Below the pieces are notes generated by a model, which was not told where the DNA came from, did no database searches, and saw only the letters and a list, made by a program, of their open reading frames with translations. 64,000 bases of DNA from a bacterium. GTDB taxonomy: Bacteria; CG2-30-53-67; CG2-30-70-394. The position numbers were made by a program, and so were the translations under genes. Below are positions 38,846 to 47,333 of the stretch, in pieces; the first letter of the stretch is position 1, and every line of letters starts with the position of its first letter. The DNA lies in NCBI GenBank assembly GCA_036393335.1, contig DASWHD010000135.1, positions 14,405-78,404 of the forward strand, given 5' to 3'.

Positions 38846-39592
38846 GTGCAGTCCATCCCCCGAGTCCGACTACAGAAGTTTCTCGCCGACGCCGGGTTGT
38901 GTTCGCGGCGCGAGGCGGAGGAGTGGATCCTCGACGGCCGCGTGGAGGTCAATGGCAAGCCGATCCTACGCCTCGGCGTGGCGATCGACCCCGACGCCGA
39001 CCACGTGCGTTGTGACGGCCAGCGGGTGCGGGTGCGGAGACGCTATCACTACCTCGTGCTGCACAAGCCGCGACGTGTGGTGTGCACGGTGAAGGATGAT
39101 CGCGAGCGGCCAACGGTGATGGACTGTTTGCCGGCCAACACCCCGCGCCTGTTTCCCGTGGGGCGCCTCGACTACGACACCGAGGGGTTGCTGTTGCTCA
39201 CCGACGACGGCGACCTCGCGGCGCGTCTCACCCATCCGCGCTACGGGGTGGAGAAGGTGTACCACGCCCGGATCAGTCGCCACCCGACACCCCAGGAGGT
39301 GGCCAAGCTGCGTCGCGGGCTACGCCTGGAGGACGGACCGGCGCGGCCGACCCGGGTCCGTCTCCTGAGGAAGAACCCGCAGAGCGCCTGGCTGGAGATC
39401 GCCTTTCGCGAGGGGCGCAACCGCCTGGTGCGGCGCTATGTGCAACGGTGCGGCCTGCTGGTGGAGCGGCTCATCCGGGTAGGGGAGGGGCCCCTCGCCT
39501 TGGGTGAGCTGGCACCGGGCGCCTACCGCCCCCTGACCCGCCAGGAGGTGGCGAGCCTGCGGCGGGCGGTGGCGCCGAGGGAACGGCCATAG
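38846..39592 (+). CDS. rluB: RsuA/RluB-family 16S/23S rRNA pseudouridine synthase (S4 domain plus PseudoU_synth_2)
   Basis: S4 motif (RLQKFLADAGLCSRREAEEWILDGRVEVNGK), catalytic VGRLDYDTEGLLLLTDDG. GTG start inferred. Confidence 0.8.
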   Translation: MQSIPRVRLQKFLADAGLCSRREAEEWILDGRVEVNGKPILRLGVAIDPDADHVRCDGQRVRVRRRYHYLVLHKPRRVVCTVKDDRERPTVMDCLPANTPRLFPVGRLDYDTEGLLLLTDDGDLAARLTHPRYGVEKVYHARISRHPTPQEVAKLRRGLRLEDGPARPTRVRLLRKNPQSAWLEIAFREGRNRLVRRYVQRCGLLVERLIRVGEGPLALGELAPGAYRPLTRQEVASLRRAVAPRERP

Positions 39593-39610
39593 CCGGACGC
39601 GGCCCGGTAG

Positions 39611-39638
39611 GTAGGGGCATGGCATGCCGTGCCCCTAC
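39611..39638 (+). terminator. GC-rich stem-loop downstream of rluB (GTAGGGGCA...GTGCCCCTAC), no U-tract
   Basis: 9-10 bp stem with a palindromic loop GGCATGCC, 19 nt after the rluB stop. Confidence 0.3.
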
Positions 39639-39816
39639 GGTGCGGACTCTTCCGCCGCCGCTGCTCGACCAGGGCTGTCCTTGGCAGTCGGCCGAGCGTG
39701 GGCTATAAACTCCGCCCACTTTGAAGTCTGTCCTCCACCACTGCGTTGCTGCTGGTACCGACCTTCACGCCCGCGCCACGGCGTTCCTCGCGCGCCATCC
39801 AGATCCCGTCACCCGA

Positions 39817-42117
39817 ATGAAGGTTCTCCTTGCGGCGGCGGTGGTCTGTCTGGTGCTGGTGGCGTCCATCCAGGAGTCGTACTCCGACTCGCCGGAAGGC
39901 AAGCAGGTGGTCTCCATCGAGGTGGTGGGCAATCACCGGGTCGATAATGCGACGATTCTGTCCAAGCTCCTCACCCGACCGGGCAAGCCGTACTCCGGCT
40001 ACTTGTTGCGCAATGACATAGCCACCCTCTTCAAGCTCGGTCAGTTCGACGACATCCAGGTCGACTCGACGGAGGTGCCGGGGGGGATCGCCCTCACCTT
40101 TCGGGTGGTGGAGAAGCCGGCGGTGGTCGCGGTCTCCCACCGGGGCAACGACAAGATCCGCGACGACCTCATCGACCCGGAGGTGCACGTCAAGGTCGGC
40201 GACGTCTACGACGCACGGCGGGTGGAAGAGGACCGGAAGCGGATCCTGGAGCTGTACAAGAAGGACGGTTACGTCTTCGCCGAGGTCACGCCCCAGGTGG
40301 AACGACCGCAGGCGGGCGGGGTGGAGATCACCTACGCCATCGATGAGGGCGCCAAGGTGTCGGTGCGGGAGATCGTCTTCTCCGGCAACACCCACTTCAA
40401 GGAACGCGAGATCCGCAAGGTGATGGCGACCAAGAAGCACAACATGTTCTCCTGGCTCACCGGTTCCGGGGTCTACAATCTGGAGGTGGCCAAGGTCGAC
40501 ATGGACCGGATCCGCGCCCTGTACCACAACGCGGGGTTCATCGAGGCCAAGGTCGGGGGACCCGAGGTACGGCTCTCCGAGGACCGCAAGGAGGCGACGG
40601 TGGTTTTCTCCATCGTCGAGGGGGCGCAGTACACCGTGCGTTCTCTGGCCCTACGCGGCAACGAGCACATCGCCACGGACAAGCTGTTGGAGGGGCTCAA
40701 TACGGTGGTCGGCGAGCTGTACAGCCGGGAGAACGTGCGCAAGGACATCGCCAAGCTCTCGGAGCGGTATGGCGACGAGGGGTATTTTTTCGTCGACATC
40801 GTGCCCCGCACCCAACCGGACGCCGAGACCCACGAGGTCGACCTGGTGTTCGACCTCGAAGAGGGGGAGAAGGCGTACCTCGGTCACATCCAGATCACCG
40901 GCAACGACCGGACCCGTGACAAGGTGATCCGTCGCGAGCTGCGCTTCGACGAGGGCGACCTATACAACAGCAGCAAGATGCGCCGTTCGTTCGAGCGCAT
41001 CAACAACCTCGGCTACTTCGAAAACGTCGAGCTCATCCCCAATCGGCGGGTCGGGAGCAACGTCCTGGACATGGAGATCCGGGTAAAGGAGCGACCGACC
41101 GGCTCGCTCACCATGGGCGCCGGTTGGGGCTCGGCGGACGGCTTCGTCGGCACCTTCTCGATCAGTGAGGCCAACCTGTTCGGTACCGGCCGCAAGCTCA
41201 ACCTTTCCCTGGAGCTCGGGGAGGAGCGATCGCGTATCAACCTGCGCTACCTGGAGCCTTACCTGTTCGGCTACGACATGACCGGGCGGGTGGACATCTT
41301 CAACACCGTCCAGCAATACGACGATTTCGACCGCAAGAGCAGGGGTGGCGCCCTGACCGTGTCCAAGGCATTTGGCGAGTATTACAGCGGTCAGGCCGGC
41401 TACCGCCTCGACTCCCTGGAGATCGACGACGTCAATCCGGACGACGAAGAGGATCTGGCGACGGATACGGTCTCGAGCAGCGTCATCCTCGGCTGGACGC
41501 GCAACACCGTGGACAGCATCTTCGACCCGGCTCGCGGTTCACGGTTGGAGCTAAGCAGTGAGTACGCGGGTGGACCGCTCGCGGGCGACAACGACTTCCT
41601 CAAGCTCTCCGCCGAGCACAACTGGTTCCATCCCCTGTTCTGGAAATCGGTCTTTGGGTTCCACTTCCGCACCGGTTACCTGGCCGACTTCGAGAGCGAT
41701 GACGACGCCAAGGAGGACATCTACCGGCTAGAGGGCTTCTACCTCGGGGGGATCAACTCCCTGCGCGGCTTCGCGCCGCGCTCGGTCGGCCCCAAGTCGG
41801 GGGATTTTACCGGCAATCCGGGGGCGGGTATCGACCTCGGCGGTAACTTCATGCTCCTCGCCAATTTCGAGGTGACCTTTCCCCTGGTGGAGGCGGCGGG
41901 GCTCAAGGGTGTGGTGTTCCTCGACATGGGGGATGCATGGAGTCGCCTGGAGCCGGTGGTGCTCGACGACCTGAAGGTCTCCTCCGGCTTCGGCCTGCGC
42001 TGGCTCTCGCCCCTCGGCCCGCTGCGCCTCGAATGGGGCTACAAGATCACCGATTCGGATGACCTAAGCGATTCGGAGAACTCGCGCTTCGAGTTCTCCA
42101 TCGGCACCTTCTTCTAA
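39817..42117 (+). CDS. bamA: Outer-membrane protein assembly factor BamA
   Basis: Signal peptide; POTRA repeats; C-terminal Omp85 barrel ending ...RFEFSIGTFF; followed by skp-lpxD-fabZ-lpxA as in the canonical locus. Confidence 0.9.
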   Translation: MKVLLAAAVVCLVLVASIQESYSDSPEGKQVVSIEVVGNHRVDNATILSKLLTRPGKPYSGYLLRNDIATLFKLGQFDDIQVDSTEVPGGIALTFRVVEKPAVVAVSHRGNDKIRDDLIDPEVHVKVGDVYDARRVEEDRKRILELYKKDGYVFAEVTPQVERPQAGGVEITYAIDEGAKVSVREIVFSGNTHFKEREIRKVMATKKHNMFSWLTGSGVYNLEVAKVDMDRIRALYHNAGFIEAKVGGPEVRLSEDRKEATVVFSIVEGAQYTVRSLALRGNEHIATDKLLEGLNTVVGELYSRENVRKDIAKLSERYGDEGYFFVDIVPRTQPDAETHEVDLVFDLEEGEKAYLGHIQITGNDRTRDKVIRRELRFDEGDLYNSSKMRRSFERINNLGYFENVELIPNRRVGSNVLDMEIRVKERPTGSLTMGAGWGSADGFVGTFSISEANLFGTGRKLNLSLELGEERSRINLRYLEPYLFGYDMTGRVDIFNTVQQYDDFDRKSRGGALTVSKAFGEYYSGQAGYRLDSLEIDDVNPDDEEDLATDTVSSSVILGWTRNTVDSIFDPARGSRLELSSEYAGGPLAGDNDFLKLSAEHNWFHPLFWKSVFGFHFRTGYLADFESDDDAKEDIYRLEGFYLGGINSLRGFAPRSVGPKSGDFTGNPGAGIDLGGNFMLLANFEVTFPLVEAAGLKGVVFLDMGDAWSRLEPVVLDDLKVSSGFGLRWLSPLGPLRLEWGYKITDSDDLSDSENSRFEFSIGTFF

Positions 42118-42195
42118 GTCGGTGGAGCCACCTCCGCGTAGCGGCCGGGCTGGGACATCACTGTCCATTTCCCTCTCAGGAGAGCAGGAGGTTTA

Positions 42196-42265
42196 GGAAC
42201 GCAGGAAGGGGGGAACGCGCGCCGTAGCTGGGGAAGTCGTTCCTGCCTTCCTGCTGCTTTCCTGG
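42196..42265. repeat. GCAGGAA-unit hairpin (family B) between bamA and the palindromic element
   Basis: GGAACGCAGGAAGG ... GTTCCTGCCTTCCTGC; same arm units as the hairpin at 30547-30619. Confidence 0.45.
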
Positions 42266-42272
42266 ATTCTTT

Positions 42273-42473
42273 AGCCCGCATTTCTCACCAGGGATCGTGG
42301 CGAGACCGTGCAAACGCGCGTAGACCCTGGCCGGCCCGCGGTAGGAGCCGATTCTATCGGCGACCCCATGTGGCAGATCGCCGAAGGGATTCGGCTCCTA
42401 CCCCGGACGAGGACCCGGCTAGGAGATGCGGGCGGTTGCGCGGTCGCAGCAGAGTCATGGTGAGAAATGCGGG
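42273..42473. repeat. Palindromic repeat element copy 1 (~200 bp, 16-22 bp terminal inverted repeats CCCGCATTTCTCACCA / TGGTGAGAAATGCGGG; MITE-like or structured RNA)
   Basis: Roughly 75 bp at the 5' end and 50 bp at the 3' end are near-identical to the element at 58276-58502. The internal sequence is an extended imperfect palindrome. Confidence 0.65.
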
Positions 42474-42615
42474 TTAGAGGGGCTGCCAGTCGGCTCGTCA
42501 TCAGGGATTACCCGATGCGCCACCCGCTGGTGGCCGGTGGTCGCGGTTCCGCCTTTCTCCTGGCGGTCGGGTGCCGGATAATGGTCTCTTCACGCAGACA
42601 ACGAAGGAGAGGTCG

Positions 42616-43137
42616 ATGAGGAAGATGTGCTTGGCGATGATGGTTGCGATGTTGGCGGCGGCGGCGGTCGCGCGGGCCGATGCCAAGATCGCCGTAGTGG
42701 ACGTGCAGCGGGTGATCGACGATTCGGAGAAAGGCAAACAGGCGCGCGAACTGTTGAAACGGAAATTCGAGCAAGAGAAGGCCGTTCTGGAGAAACAGGG
42801 CAAGGAGATCTCCGTGCTCAAGGAGGACCTGGACAAGCAGGCGCCGGTGCTCACGCCAGAAAAGCGTGAGGAACGGGAGGTGGACCTACGCCAGCGGATC
42901 AAGGACTTCAACCGGCTGAAGAAGGACAGACAGGACGAGTTTAACGCCAAGCAGATGGAGGTGCTCCGGCAGGTGATGACCAAGGTCATGGAGGTCATTG
43001 CCGAGATCGGCAAGGAGGGTGGCTACACCGCCGTCCTCGATGGCACCAACGGGCCCGTCCTGTATGCCGCCGAAGGGGTGGACATCACCGATATGGTGAT
43101 CCAGCGTTTCAACCAGGCATCCGCCGGCAAGCCGTAG
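42616..43137 (+). CDS. skp: Periplasmic chaperone Skp (OmpH)
   Basis: Signal peptide MRKMCLAMMVAMLAAAAVARA then IAVVDVQRVI... coiled-coil OmpH domain; start at the internal ATG. Confidence 0.85.
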   Translation: MRKMCLAMMVAMLAAAAVARADAKIAVVDVQRVIDDSEKGKQARELLKRKFEQEKAVLEKQGKEISVLKEDLDKQAPVLTPEKREEREVDLRQRIKDFNRLKKDRQDEFNAKQMEVLRQVMTKVMEVIAEIGKEGGYTAVLDGTNGPVLYAAEGVDITDMVIQRFNQASAGKP

Positions 43138-43189
43138 CCCCGTTTTCCCGGAGGACACGGTCCGAGCACGGTGTCAGGGCGTCCAGGGG

Positions 43190-44242
43190 ATGGTAATGGA
43201 AAAGAGCCTGCAAGAGCTCGCACAGCAGATCGACGCGACGGTGGAGGGTGATGCGGCGGTGCGAGTGCAGGGCATGGCGACCATCGAGAGCGCCGGCCCT
43301 CACGACCTCACCTTCGTGGCCAACCGCCGTTACCTGAAACATTTGCAGACGACCCGCGCCGGTGCGGTGATCCTTGGCCCGGGCATCGCGTGCGACCGGC
43401 TGCCCGTGCTGCGTTGCGGCGACCCGTACCTCGGCTTCGCCCGAGCGATGCGTCTGTTCCACCCGTGGACCCACGCGGCGGCCGGCATCTCCCCCGCCGC
43501 GGTGGTCCATCCAGATGCCACTATCGGCGCGGAGCCGAATTTCATGGCCGGTTGCCACGTGGCGATGGGAGCGCGTATCGGCGATCGTGTCACCCTGTCG
43601 CCGGGCGTGTACGTCGGTCAGGGCTCGGTGATCGGTGACGACTGTTACCTCTACCCCAACGTCGTGATTCGCGAGGGGGTCACCCTGGGCAAGCGATGCA
43701 TCATTCAGCCCGGTGCGGTGCTCGGTGGCGACGGCTTCGGCTACGCCCAAGAAGCGGGCGGTGCTCTGAAAATTCCCCAGGTCGGCGGTGTGCGCCTTGG
43801 CGACGACGTGGAGATCGGCTGCAACACCACGATCGATCGCGGTGCCCTCGGGGACACGGTGATCGGCAACGGGGTGAAGATCGATAATCTGGTGCAGGTC
43901 GCCCACAACGTGCAGATCGGTGACCACACCATCATCACCGCCATGGTCGGCATTGCCGGTTCCACGGAGATCGGTGCCGGCGTGGCGATCGGCGGCCACA
44001 CGGCGATCGCTGGCCACATCCACATCGGCAACGGGGTATCCATTGCGGCCATGAGCGGTGTGCCTGGTAACCTGGAGGCGGGTAAGGTGTACGCCGGCAT
44101 ACCCGCCCAGGAGCACCACGAGTGGCGCCGCGTGATCGGCACGGTGCCGCGCCTCCCCGCGATGCGGAAAGAGCTCGCCGGTCTCCGTAAACAGGTCGAC
44201 GCGCTTACCCAGGCCCTGCGATCCCTATCCAGCGAGACGTGA
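43190..44242 (+). CDS. lpxD: UDP-3-O-acylglucosamine N-acyltransferase LpxD
   Basis: N-terminal LpxD domain plus left-handed beta-helix hexapeptide repeats; position before fabZ. Confidence 0.9.
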   Translation: MVMEKSLQELAQQIDATVEGDAAVRVQGMATIESAGPHDLTFVANRRYLKHLQTTRAGAVILGPGIACDRLPVLRCGDPYLGFARAMRLFHPWTHAAAGISPAAVVHPDATIGAEPNFMAGCHVAMGARIGDRVTLSPGVYVGQGSVIGDDCYLYPNVVIREGVTLGKRCIIQPGAVLGGDGFGYAQEAGGALKIPQVGGVRLGDDVEIGCNTTIDRGALGDTVIGNGVKIDNLVQVAHNVQIGDHTIITAMVGIAGSTEIGAGVAIGGHTAIAGHIHIGNGVSIAAMSGVPGNLEAGKVYAGIPAQEHHEWRRVIGTVPRLPAMRKELAGLRKQVDALTQALRSLSSET

Positions 44243-44249
44243 GGTTCTC

Positions 44250-44699
44250 ATGCTCGATATCAATGAGATCATGGCCATTCTGCCCCACCGGTACCCGTTC
44301 CTGTTGCTGGATCGGATCACCGCCATCGACGGTCACCAGGCGGCCGAGGGATACAAAAACGTCACCATCAACGAGCCGTTCTTCCAGGGACACTTCCCTG
44401 GCCACCCGATCATGCCCGGGGTGTTGATCATCGAGGGGATGGCACAGCTTGCCGGTGCCCTGGCATTGACCACCGTGGACGACCCATCGACCAAGGTCAT
44501 CTACTTCATGTCCATCGACCAGGCGAAGTTTCGCCGGCCGGTCTTGCCGGGTGATACCCTGCGCTACCGCGTCGAGCTGGTGAAGCAGCGCTCCAACATC
44601 TGGATGATGGCGGCTAAGGCCCACGTCGGGGAGGATCTGGTGACCGAGGCGCATTTCAAGGCGATGGTGGTGGATCGCCAAAAAGCAATTAGCGGTTAG
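44250..44699 (+). CDS. fabZ: 3-hydroxyacyl-ACP dehydratase FabZ
   Basis: ILPHRYPFLLLDRI...FFQGHFPGHPIMPGVLIIEGMAQ. Confidence 0.95.
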   Translation: MLDINEIMAILPHRYPFLLLDRITAIDGHQAAEGYKNVTINEPFFQGHFPGHPIMPGVLIIEGMAQLAGALALTTVDDPSTKVIYFMSIDQAKFRRPVLPGDTLRYRVELVKQRSNIWMMAAKAHVGEDLVTEAHFKAMVVDRQKAISG

Positions 44700-44731
44700 C
44701 TATTAGCCATCAGCTGACGGCGAGGAAAACC

Positions 44732-45523
44732 ATGGTGAAGATCCATCCTACCGCCATCGTGGAGGAGGGGGCCCAGATCGCCGACGGTGTCGAGGTCGGC
44801 CCATTCGCGATCATCGGCCCCCAGGTGCGGATCGGCGAACGCACCGTCGTGGGTCCCTACACCGTGATCCAGGGACGCACCGAGATCGGCGCGGACAACC
44901 GCATCCACCAGTCGGTGTCCATCGGCGACGTCCCCCAGGACTTGAAGTACGAGGGTGAGGAGTCGGCGGTGCGCATCGGGAATCGCAACACCGTGCGCGA
45001 GTTCGTCACCATCCACCGCGGCACCCAGGGCGACCAGATGGTCACCGTGGTGGGCGACGGCAACCTGCTGATGGTCGGAGTGCACCTCGCCCATGACGTG
45101 GTGGTGGGCAACCACGCGATCCTGGCCAACACCGTCGCCCTGGCGGGGCACGTGCATGTGGGCGACCACGCGATCATCGGCGGCCTGTCTGCGGTCCACC
45201 AGTTTGTGCGCATCGGTGACCACGCGATGATTGGCGGCGCCTCGGCGGTAGCCAACGACGTGCCGCCGTTCCTCACGGTGCTCGGCAACCGGGCCGTGGC
45301 CCAGGGGCTCAACCTGGTGGGGCTGCGGCGGCGCAAGTTCTCGCGCGAAGCGATCAACACCATCCGCGAGGCGTTCGAGATCCTCTACCGCTCCCAGCTC
45401 CCACAGAGCGAAGCCCTGGAACGGGTGCGCAAGGAGCTGCCGGACATCCCGGAGATCCGCACCTTCCTCACCTTCATCGAGCAGTCGGAGCGCGGCATCG
45501 TTCGCTGCGTGGACTGTGTGTAG
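44732..45523 (+). CDS. lpxA: Acyl-ACP--UDP-GlcNAc O-acyltransferase LpxA
   Basis: MVKIHPTAIVEEGAQIADGVEVGPFAIIG...hexapeptide repeats...FLTFIEQSERGI. Confidence 0.95.
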   Translation: MVKIHPTAIVEEGAQIADGVEVGPFAIIGPQVRIGERTVVGPYTVIQGRTEIGADNRIHQSVSIGDVPQDLKYEGEESAVRIGNRNTVREFVTIHRGTQGDQMVTVVGDGNLLMVGVHLAHDVVVGNHAILANTVALAGHVHVGDHAIIGGLSAVHQFVRIGDHAMIGGASAVANDVPPFLTVLGNRAVAQGLNLVGLRRRKFSREAINTIREAFEILYRSQLPQSEALERVRKELPDIPEIRTFLTFIEQSERGIVRCVDCV

Positions 45524-45640
45524 GGGAGAGGGTAAGAGCCGACTCCGATCGGCGATTCACGCCCGCGGAGCGTGGCACGGCAAGCGCTGGACAGCACAAG
45601 AATGGTCGCCGATGGGAATCGGCTCCTACCTTTATTGAAG

Positions 45641-46225
45641 ATGCTTGACGCCATCCGCCAGCAATTCCTCGCCAGTGCCGCCGTCCAGCAGGAGGCGGCG
45701 CGAACCCTGGCCGAACCGGTCGCGGCGGCCGCCGAGAAGGTCATTGCCGCCCTCCGCGCGGGTCGCAAGGTGCTGCTGTGCGGTAACGGCGGCTCTGCCG
45801 CCGACGCGCAACATATCGCCGCGGAGCTGGTGGGGCGCTACGCTCGCGAGCGACGCGGCTTGCCCGCCGTGGCCCTGACCACCGACACCTCGGCCCTCAC
45901 GGCCATCGGCAACGATTATGGCTTCGACCGGATCTTCGCGCGCCAGGTCGAGGCCCTGGCCCAGGCCGGGGACGTGCTCATCGCCATCTCCACCAGCGGC
46001 AACTCGCCCAACGTCTTGCAGGCGGTGGAGACGGCGCGGCAGCTGGGCGTGGGCACCATCGGCCTCGCGGGCCGCGGTGGCGGTGCCCTGCGCGCGCTGG
46101 TCGACCTCTGCCTCGTCGCCCCCCATGAGGAGACCGCGCGCATACAGGAGCTGCACATCACCATCGGGCATATCCTGTGTGACTTGGTGGAGGCGGCCCT
46201 GGTGTCAGAAGAGGGTGCGGGGTGA
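45641..46225 (+). CDS. gmhA: SIS-domain phosphoheptose isomerase (GmhA/DiaA family)
   Basis: LLCGNGGSAADAQHIAAELVGRY...DVLIAISTSGNSPNV (SIS). Start could be 45572. Confidence 0.7.
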   Translation: MLDAIRQQFLASAAVQQEAARTLAEPVAAAAEKVIAALRAGRKVLLCGNGGSAADAQHIAAELVGRYARERRGLPAVALTTDTSALTAIGNDYGFDRIFARQVEALAQAGDVLIAISTSGNSPNVLQAVETARQLGVGTIGLAGRGGGALRALVDLCLVAPHEETARIQELHITIGHILCDLVEAALVSEEGAG

Positions 46226-46227
46226 CA

Positions 46228-46336
46228 AGTAGACAACAGTAGGTAGTAGACAGTAGACAGTAGACAGCAGGGCTCGACTCCGGGCCTGAGGCCGGCTCCC
46301 CTCTGTCTACTGTCTACTCCCTACTGTCTACTCTCC
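46228..46336. repeat. Long imperfect hairpin built from tandem GTAGACA heptamers
   Basis: The 5' arm AGTAGACAACAGTAGGTAGTAGACAGTAGACAGTAGACAG is mirrored by the 3' arm CTGTCTACTGTCTACTCCCTACTGTCTACT around a GC-rich loop. It ends 4 nt before the ATG at 46341. Confidence 0.6.
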
Positions 46337-46340
46337 CCTC

Positions 46341-47282
46341 ATGCCCTTTCCCCAGATCGACCTCGCCAAGGGCAAGACCCGTCCCTTGGCGGAGCGGCCG
46401 AACAAGGTCAACACCGGCCACTTCGCGGCGCCGGTCACAGGCGTCCCGGACATCGCCGCCTTCATCGACGGCCTGCCCAAAATCCTCGCGGCCGATGACC
46501 TGCGCTCCCTGATCGACGCCATCGTCACGGCCCGGCAGCGCGGGCGCCCAGTAGTCCTGGCCATGGGCGCCCACGTCCTTAAGACCGGTCTCACTCCGCT
46601 GTTGCTCCACGCCCTTGACCGGGGGGTCGTCACGGCATTCGCCTTGAACTCCGCCGGCTCTATCCACGACCTGGAGATCGCCCTGATCGGCGCGACCTCC
46701 GAGGACGTGGCGGTGGGGATCGAGGATGGCTCGTTCGGCATGTGGCAGGAGACCGGCGCATGGATCCACCGCGCGGTCCAGGCCGGATTACAGGACGGCC
46801 TCGGCTATGGCGAGGCCGTGGGACGGGCGATCCTGCGCGATGCACCCCACCCTGAGTATTCGTTGCTCGCCCGCTGCGCCGAGCGCCAGGTCCCCGCCAC
46901 GGTCCACGTAGCGATTGGTACCGACATCGTCCACATGCACCCGGAGATGAACGGCGCCACCCTCGGCGAGGCGAGCTTCGTCGACTTCAAGATCATCAGC
47001 CGGGTGGTGGCCGACCTGGAGGGCGGCGGGGTGTGGATCAACTGCGGCAGCTCGGTGATCCTGCCGGAGGTGTTCCTCAAGGCGGTGACCCTCTGTCGCA
47101 ACCAGGGCTACCCGGTAGCCGACATCGTCACCGCTAACCTCGACATGATCCGCCACTACCGTCCCCACGAAAACGTGCTCGCCCGTCCCACCAGCCGCGG
47201 CGGTCGCTCCTACCAGCTCATCGGCCACCACGAGATCATGGTGCCCCTGTTACTGCACGGCTGCTTCGCGCGACTCGTCTGA
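46341..47282 (+). CDS. Conserved hypothetical protein, possibly deoxyhypusine-synthase-like (DS family) fold
   Basis: Weak pattern resemblance to DHS (...AMGAHVLKTGLTPLLLHALDRGVVTAFALNSAGSIHDLEIAL...). Not confident. Confidence 0.35.
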   Translation: MPFPQIDLAKGKTRPLAERPNKVNTGHFAAPVTGVPDIAAFIDGLPKILAADDLRSLIDAIVTARQRGRPVVLAMGAHVLKTGLTPLLLHALDRGVVTAFALNSAGSIHDLEIALIGATSEDVAVGIEDGSFGMWQETGAWIHRAVQAGLQDGLGYGEAVGRAILRDAPHPEYSLLARCAERQVPATVHVAIGTDIVHMHPEMNGATLGEASFVDFKIISRVVADLEGGGVWINCGSSVILPEVFLKAVTLCRNQGYPVADIVTANLDMIRHYRPHENVLARPTSRGGRSYQLIGHHEIMVPLLLHGCFARLV

Positions 47283-47333
47283 CTTAGACGGTATGACTCC
47301 CGCAGCGGGAATCATCCTGTCTCAGCATCCAAG

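Noticed and set aside
42273-42473. Autonomous insertion sequence / transposase
   Set aside because: The element is only ~200 bp and the only ORFs in it are short and Arg-rich; no DDE or serine recombinase motifs. I report it as a non-autonomous MITE-like or RNA element instead.
46228-46336. Possible CRISPR array (tandem GTAGACA repeats)
   Set aside because: The unit is only 7 nt with no spacers, arranged as an inverted repeat; no cas genes nearby. I treat it as a hairpin/heptamer array instead.
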